From Bacteroidota bacterium (GTDB taxonomy: Bacteria > Bacteroidota > Ignavibacteria > Tepidaquicellales > Tepidaquicellaceae): 30,698 nt of DNA. Where the stretch lies: the NCBI GenBank assembly GCA_003519545.1, contig DOWN01000016.1, positions 1 through 30,698 of the forward strand, in the 5' to 3' direction. Positions 25,687 to 30,698 of the stretch are shown here, in pieces. A model generated the notes under the pieces. The model had not been told where the DNA came from. It saw only the letters and a list, made by a program, of their open reading frames with translations, and searched no databases. Each line of letters opens with the position of its first letter. Positions within the stretch are counted from its first letter, which is position 1. The translations under genes and the position numbers were made by a program.

Positions 25687-27468
25687 ATGAAACTATTATT
25701 AAATTACCTTAAAAATTACAAACCTCTCATCGCTCTTGCATTGTTTCTAGCGACTATTAACCAGACGTTCTCAATGCTTGATCCATTTATTTTCAGATAT
25801 GTAATTGATAACTATGCAACCAAATTTGACCAATATACAACCGAACAGTTTTTAACGGGAGTTATACAGTTATTACTACTTGCTGTTGGTGCGGCATTAG
25901 TCTCCAGAATTGCAAAAAATTTTCAGGATTATTTTATCAATGTAATTGTTCAGAAGTTAGGAGCAAAAATTTATTCAGACGGAATAAAACATTCTCTCGA
26001 ACTTCCTTATCAGGAATTTGAAGATCAGAGAAGCGGTCAGACTTTAGGTGTTTTACAAAAAGTGAGAACTGATGTTGAAAAACTAATTATGACTGTGATT
26101 AATATTTTGTTCACATCTCTTGTTGGTATTATCTTCGTCGGGATTTATGCTTTCACTGTTCACTGGATAATTGCTCCAGTTTATCTTTTAACTATCCCGA
26201 TTATAGGTTTGTTAAGTTCCAAACTCAGCAAAAAAATTAAAGTTGCTCAAAAAACAATTGTAAAAGAAACCACAGAACTCGCAGGTTCTACAACTGAATC
26301 TCTCAGAAATATTGAACTTGTAAAATCTCTCGGACTTTCCGCTCAGGAAATTGACAGACTTAACGGAACGACAAATAAAATATTATCTCTCGAGTTAAAT
26401 AAAATTAAATATATTAGAAGATTAAGTTTTATTCAGGGAACTATTGTAAATCTTATAAGAACCTCCATTCTTCTGATGATGATGTATTTCATTTTTACTC
26501 AACAAATTACAGTTGGTCAGTTCTTCACTTTGTTTATCTATTCATTTTTTATTTTTGGACCACTTCAGGAACTTGGTAATATAATTAACATTTACCGTGA
26601 GACAGAAGTATCATTGGAAAATTTCAAAAAAATTCTTGATACACCTGCCGAGAAGAAACCTGAAAATCCTGTGAGAATTGATAAACTGAATGATTTATCG
26701 TTTGACAAAGTTTGTTTCAAACATAAATCTGCTTCAAGATATGCACTTTGTGATGTTTCATTTGATGTTGATATAAAACAAACCATTGCATTCGTAGGAC
26801 CTTCAGGTTCAGGAAAAACTACACTTGTAAAATTACTTGTCGGATTATATAAACCGGAAACAGGTGAAATAAAATATAATGGTATCTCTTCACAGGAAAT
26901 TGACCTTGATGCTTTCAGGGAAAAAATTGGATTTGTAACCCAAGATACACAGTTATTCTCCGGCACTATAAGGGAGAATTTATTATTTGTAAACCCTAAA
27001 GCAACAGATGAAGAATGTATGGATGTATTGAGAAAGGCACAGTGTGAAAGTCTGCTTGCCAGAGCGGATAAGGGGCTTGATACTGTGATAGGTGAAGGAG
27101 GTGTGAAAGTTTCCGGTGGTGAAAAACAAAGATTATCAATAGCCCGTGCTTTACTGAGGAAACCAAATTTATTAGTTTTTGACGAAGCAACTTCTGCACT
27201 GGATTCTATCACTGAAGAAGAAATTAATAAAACAATCAGAAAAGTTTCGCAAAGTGATGAACACATAACTATTATGATTGCCCATAGACTTTCAACAATT
27301 ATGCATGCTGATTGTATTTATGTACTTGAAAAAGGGAAAATCGTTGAATCAGGAAGTCACGATGAATTACTTGAAATCAAAGGATTATATTATGCTATGT
27401 GGCGTCAACAGATTGGCGAAAGAGAAGATATTCAGTTTTTAAATCCTGAAAAAGTTTCTTTAAATTAA
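25687..27468 (+). CDS. ABC exporter, fused TMD-NBD (MsbA/MdlB-like half transporter)
   Basis: About six hydrophobic segments; Walker A GPSGSGKTT, signature VSGGEKQR, FDEATSALD, IAHRLST. Confidence 0.93.
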   Translation: MKLLLNYLKNYKPLIALALFLATINQTFSMLDPFIFRYVIDNYATKFDQYTTEQFLTGVIQLLLLAVGAALVSRIAKNFQDYFINVIVQKLGAKIYSDGIKHSLELPYQEFEDQRSGQTLGVLQKVRTDVEKLIMTVINILFTSLVGIIFVGIYAFTVHWIIAPVYLLTIPIIGLLSSKLSKKIKVAQKTIVKETTELAGSTTESLRNIELVKSLGLSAQEIDRLNGTTNKILSLELNKIKYIRRLSFIQGTIVNLIRTSILLMMMYFIFTQQITVGQFFTLFIYSFFIFGPLQELGNIINIYRETEVSLENFKKILDTPAEKKPENPVRIDKLNDLSFDKVCFKHKSASRYALCDVSFDVDIKQTIAFVGPSGSGKTTLVKLLVGLYKPETGEIKYNGISSQEIDLDAFREKIGFVTQDTQLFSGTIRENLLFVNPKATDEECMDVLRKAQCESLLARADKGLDTVIGEGGVKVSGGEKQRLSIARALLRKPNLLVFDEATSALDSITEEEINKTIRKVSQSDEHITIMIAHRLSTIMHADCIYVLEKGKIVESGSHDELLEIKGLYYAMWRQQIGEREDIQFLNPEKVSLN

Positions 27469-27477
27469 TTTTCATTT

Positions 27478-28530
27478 ATCTCATTTGTCAGTATAAATAA
27501 CGGAAGTTTTATTTTATCCGGTAAACCATTCAGGTTTATCGGTTGCAATATGTATGGACTTGCTTTCGCCGGTAAGGAGTTAATAGATAAACTCACGGAC
27601 AATGCAGCCAACGAAGGATTTAAAGTTATCAGGTGTTGGGCTTTTGAAGATGTGAACTATGAAGATCTTCATTTTCTTTGTGATAAAATTAAATCACTGG
27701 ATATGAAGTTAATTCTTTGTCTTGCAGACAGATGGGGATTTCTTCAAAGTTATAAAATTGATGATGAATGGTATAAGAATGAATATAAAAACAAATATCT
27801 CTCTCATGTAAAAAATGTTATAAGTGAATTTAAAAACAGAGATGAGATTATGGTGTGGGAACTGATTAATGAACCTGAAACTTCAGATTATGAAATTTTT
27901 AAAAACTTTGTGAAAGATGTTTCAGCAATTATAAAAAATATTTCACCTTTTCAATTAGTATCACTTGGAACTATAGGTGGAATAGGTGATAAACTCGGTT
28001 CCGTTTTTTCAGTTTTTAATCATAAAAAATTTAAAGAGTTATATTCCATTAATACACTTGATTGTATTTCGGTTCATGATTATTCTTATGACGCAGGTAT
28101 ATTCGAAAGGTTGGATATTTATTTCAGGTTTAAAGATAAAAAAACTGCTTCAATAATTACAGGAGTAATTGCTAAGTTTTTTGATGCTATTTCTAAACCT
28201 ATACAGAATTTTTTTGTTTCAAAACTTAACAGATTATTTTTCTTTCCTGTTACGCTAAGAGGTCTTTGGAATATATACAGTAAATTTGATTATAAAACAT
28301 CTAAGGAATTAAAAAAACCAATATATGTTGGTGAAGTAGGATTCAAAAAAAAGCATAAAGAACTCAGAAAAAAAATTCTTGAACTTGATATTGAAAAGAA
28401 ATTTTCAAACGGGGTTTCCGGTTATATATTATGGTCTTTTGAATCAATGGGTTATAATCCTGATGGACATGATTACGGTTTTGATGAGAGCGACGGATTT
28501 AAAGAAGTAATTAAAAAATTTAATTCATAA
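27478..28530 (+). CDS. Glycoside hydrolase family 5 (beta-mannanase-like TIM barrel), no signal peptide; start uncertain (ORF track ATG 27550, homology-like sequence extends to ~27478)
   Basis: FVSINNGSFILSGKPFRFIGCNMY, IRCWAF, WELINEP (acid/base Glu), SVHDY, KPIYVGEVGF (nucleophile Glu), GYILWSF. Confidence 0.8.
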   Translation: MSFVSINNGSFILSGKPFRFIGCNMYGLAFAGKELIDKLTDNAANEGFKVIRCWAFEDVNYEDLHFLCDKIKSLDMKLILCLADRWGFLQSYKIDDEWYKNEYKNKYLSHVKNVISEFKNRDEIMVWELINEPETSDYEIFKNFVKDVSAIIKNISPFQLVSLGTIGGIGDKLGSVFSVFNHKKFKELYSINTLDCISVHDYSYDAGIFERLDIYFRFKDKKTASIITGVIAKFFDAISKPIQNFFVSKLNRLFFFPVTLRGLWNIYSKFDYKTSKELKKPIYVGEVGFKKKHKELRKKILELDIEKKFSNGVSGYILWSFESMGYNPDGHDYGFDESDGFKEVIKKFNS

Positions 28531-28535
28531 TATTT

Positions 28536-29237
28536 GTGAAAAATAAATTATTGATTTTACATGGGGCTTTGGGATCTCAGGAACAATTTGAAAATCTTGA
28601 AGAGAACCTGACTGATGAGTTTGAGGTTTACAAATTTAATTTCACCTGGCACGGTGGCGGAGATATTCCACCTCAGAGTTTTTCGATTGATTTGTTTTCA
28701 AAGGATTTAATTGAATTTCTCAAGAAACAAAATTTCCAGGACATTAATATTTTCGGATATTCAATGGGAGGATATGTTGCGTTATATACAGTTATTAACA
28801 GTAATTCACTGATAAATAACTGTATAAAAAAAATTTTTACATTAGGAACAAAATTCAACTGGAATCCTGAAACATCACGGAAAGAAGCCTCTATGTTGAA
28901 TCCCGAAGATATAGAATCTAAAATTCCTAAATTTGCAGACATCCTGAAAAAAAGACATACTGAAAAAAACTGGAAATCAGTTTTAAATAAAACAGCGGAG
29001 ATGATGATAAATTTGGGTAATAATCCTGAAATTAAAACTGAGGATTTAAGTAAAATTGACATTCCTGTTTTAATAACAGTCGGGGATAAGGATAATATGG
29101 TAACTATTGATGAATCTTCCACAGTTGCAGGGAAGATTAATGGAGCAAAATTTAAAGTTTTGGAAAATACATTTCACCCGATTGAAAAAGTTGATATTGA
29201 AATGTTATCAAATGAAATAAAAAATTTTATTAATTAA
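28536..29237 (+). CDS. Alpha/beta-fold hydrolase
   Basis: GTG start. LILHGALGS, nucleophile elbow GYSMGG, TVGDKD (acid), FHP (His). Confidence 0.88.
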   Translation: MKNKLLILHGALGSQEQFENLEENLTDEFEVYKFNFTWHGGGDIPPQSFSIDLFSKDLIEFLKKQNFQDINIFGYSMGGYVALYTVINSNSLINNCIKKIFTLGTKFNWNPETSRKEASMLNPEDIESKIPKFADILKKRHTEKNWKSVLNKTAEMMINLGNNPEIKTEDLSKIDIPVLITVGDKDNMVTIDESSTVAGKINGAKFKVLENTFHPIEKVDIEMLSNEIKNFIN

Positions 29238-29247
29238 ATTTAAAAAT

Positions 29248-29631
29248 ATGACACCGAGAGAAAAATTTTCATCAGGAACAATCTGGGAAGAACAGGTTGG
29301 TTACTCCCGAGCGGTTAAAGTTGGTAACAATATATATATTTCCGGAACAACATCAGTTATCGGAGATAAAATAGAAGGAATAGATGACCCATTTAAACAG
29401 ACAAAAATAATTCTTGAAAAAATAAAAACAGCACTTAATTACTTTGGGGCTGATATGGAGCATATCGTCAGGTTAAGAATTTATTCAACGAATGTAACAC
29501 AATTTGATGAGATAGCACTTGCCTGCAGAGAATATTTTAAAGACTTAAGACCTGCACAGACTTTCGTTGGAGTGAACGCACTTGTAGTAAAAGAAATGCT
29601 CGTAGAAATAGAAGCAGAAGCGGTTATTTAG
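29248..29631 (+). CDS. RidA/YjgF/YER057c family protein (YjgH-like)
   Basis: WEEQVGYSRAVKVGNNIYISGTT, RPAQTFVGV, LVEIEAEA. Confidence 0.92.
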   Translation: MTPREKFSSGTIWEEQVGYSRAVKVGNNIYISGTTSVIGDKIEGIDDPFKQTKIILEKIKTALNYFGADMEHIVRLRIYSTNVTQFDEIALACREYFKDLRPAQTFVGVNALVVKEMLVEIEAEAVI

Positions 29632-29636
29632 TTAAG

Positions 29637-30440
29637 TTGGACAATAAGAACAAATACGAAAAATACAGACCTAAAAAATTTTTAGGTCAAAATTTTTTAA
29701 CTGACGTAAATATTTCAAAAAAAATAATTTCTTTTCTTGAAATAGAAGATGGCGATACAGTTTTAGAAATAGGACCCGGTCACGGGGCTTTGACAGAACA
29801 TCTTGTCAGTCTTGATATCAATTTAACTGCTATTGAATTTGATAAATTTGTTTATGAAGAATTAAAAAATAAGTATGGGGTTAAACTAAATATTTTAAGT
29901 GAAGATTTTTTAAAAACTGATTTAACAAAATTATTTACAGGAAAAAAACTTAAAATTATCGGAAATATTCCTTACTATATAACTTCACAGATTTTATTTA
30001 AACTATTTGAAAACCATAAAATCATTTCACGATCAGCATTAATGATGCAAAAAGAAGTTGCGATGAGATTAAAATCAGAACCGAATTCAAAAGAATACGG
30101 AATACTTTCAATATTTACTAACTTATACACGATTCCGAAAATTGCCTATTCGGTTCCACGTACAGTTTTTTTTCCGAAACCTAAAGTTGATTCTTCAGTT
30201 GTATCATTTGATTTTAAAATTAATGTTGAAGAGCCGGTTCAACCTGAATTATTTCGCGAAGTTGTCAGGACTTCTTTTAATCAAAGAAGAAAAACTCTCA
30301 GAAACTCTTTACGAAAATTTTTTGATGATAAAAATATTGATATAAATTTAATAAAATTTGATTTATCCAAAAGACCTGAAATGTTAAGTATTAATGATTT
30401 TAAAATTCTTACGGATGAAATTATTTCCGTAAAAAGATGA
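29637..30440 (+). CDS. rsmA: 16S rRNA m6,2A1518/1519 dimethyltransferase
   Basis: TTG start. PKKFLGQNFL, LEIGPGHGALT, IIGNIPYYITS, MMQKEVA, FFPKPKVDS, FNQRRKTLRNSL, RPEMLS. Confidence 0.97.
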   Translation: MDNKNKYEKYRPKKFLGQNFLTDVNISKKIISFLEIEDGDTVLEIGPGHGALTEHLVSLDINLTAIEFDKFVYEELKNKYGVKLNILSEDFLKTDLTKLFTGKKLKIIGNIPYYITSQILFKLFENHKIISRSALMMQKEVAMRLKSEPNSKEYGILSIFTNLYTIPKIAYSVPRTVFFPKPKVDSSVVSFDFKINVEEPVQPELFREVVRTSFNQRRKTLRNSLRKFFDDKNIDINLIKFDLSKRPEMLSINDFKILTDEIISVKR

Positions 30441-30447
30441 ATATTTT

Positions 30448-30698
30448 TTGATCGAACTAAAAAATAAAATTTTTAACACAGGAAAGTTTAATGCTTTAAA
30501 TTCACTTGAAGCAGGGGAATCCTATTGCCTAAACGGAGTTCATGGCTCATTAAAATCCTTTATTATTGATTTTCTCTCTAAAAAATTCAAAAAAATTATT
30601 GCTGTCACATCTGAAAAAGATTCACTCAAAAAAACTTTTGATGATTTACGAATTATTTCAGATTCTGAAAATATCTCCGTTTTAAAATCGGGAGATAT
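30448..30698 (+). CDS. mfd: Partial ORF running off the window end, resembling the N-terminus of transcription-repair coupling factor Mfd
   Basis: Not in the ORF track. TTG at 30448 opens a stop-free frame MIELKNKIFNTGKFNALNSLEAGESYCLNGVHGSLKSFIIDFLSKKFKKIIAVTSEKDSLKKTFDDLRIISDSENISVLKSGD. The G..GSLKSF and ..DDL pattern is Mfd-like, but only 83 codons are visible. Confidence 0.5.
   Translation, partial: MIELKNKIFNTGKFNALNSLEAGESYCLNGVHGSLKSFIIDFLSKKFKKIIAVTSEKDSLKKTFDDLRIISDSENISVLKSGD

Noticed and set aside
26592-27266. 224-aa antisense ORF opposite the ABC exporter NBD
   Set aside because: Lies wholly within a well-supported gene; the S/F/L-rich sequence is a typical shadow frame with no recognisable motif.
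28673-29122. 149-aa antisense ORF opposite the alpha/beta hydrolase
   Set aside because: Shadow ORF with no motif; the sense gene has a complete catalytic triad pattern.
1-30698. CRISPR arrays, tRNA/rRNA genes, IS elements, prophage
   Set aside because: Coding density leaves only gaps under ~145 bp; I saw no spaced direct repeats, cloverleaf/T-loop motifs, terminal inverted repeats or transposase/integrase motifs.

Overview
AT-rich (roughly 30% GC by eye), gene-dense, mostly housekeeping bacterial window with about 32 CDS. I found no rRNA, tRNA, CRISPR array, transposase, integrase or phage gene. A C-terminal 'LNQNYPNPFNP' T9SS sorting domain, an HU-TM-SPOR protein, a DUF4292-like protein and scarce Shine-Dalgarno sites suggest the Bacteroidota/Chlorobi/Ignavibacteria lineage, most like Ignavibacteria (inference). 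Layout: (+) msrC, HU, HU-TM-SPOR, peroxiredoxin, ribF-rpsO-pnp, terminator, Rieske ferredoxin, queG, T9SS beta-propeller, OsmC. (-) a 12-gene run read from the right: mtaB, sixA, ABC ATPase, enoyl-CoA hydratase, Fic, DUF192, lemA, NTP-transferase/PMM-like fusion, PTS EIIA, M61 peptidase, ppdK, PepSY. (+) DUF4292-like. (-) MarC. (+) methyltransferase, ABC exporter, GH5, alpha/beta hydrolase, RidA, rsmA, partial mfd-like ORF. Best leads: (1) a translationally coupled HU plus HU-acidic linker-TM-SPOR pair, a candidate nucleoid-to-peptidoglycan tether; (2) a GH5 whose conserved N-terminus lies upstream of any ATG/GTG/TTG, in frame with the ABC exporter stop, and which carries an amphipathic insert; (3) marC wedged antisense into a + strand run with 0 and 8 bp flanks (non-contiguous-operon geometry); (4) a nucleotidyltransferase fused to a catalytically eroded phosphomannomutase, in an operon with an orphan EIIA and PPDK. 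All product calls rest on motif recognition by eye; no searches were run.
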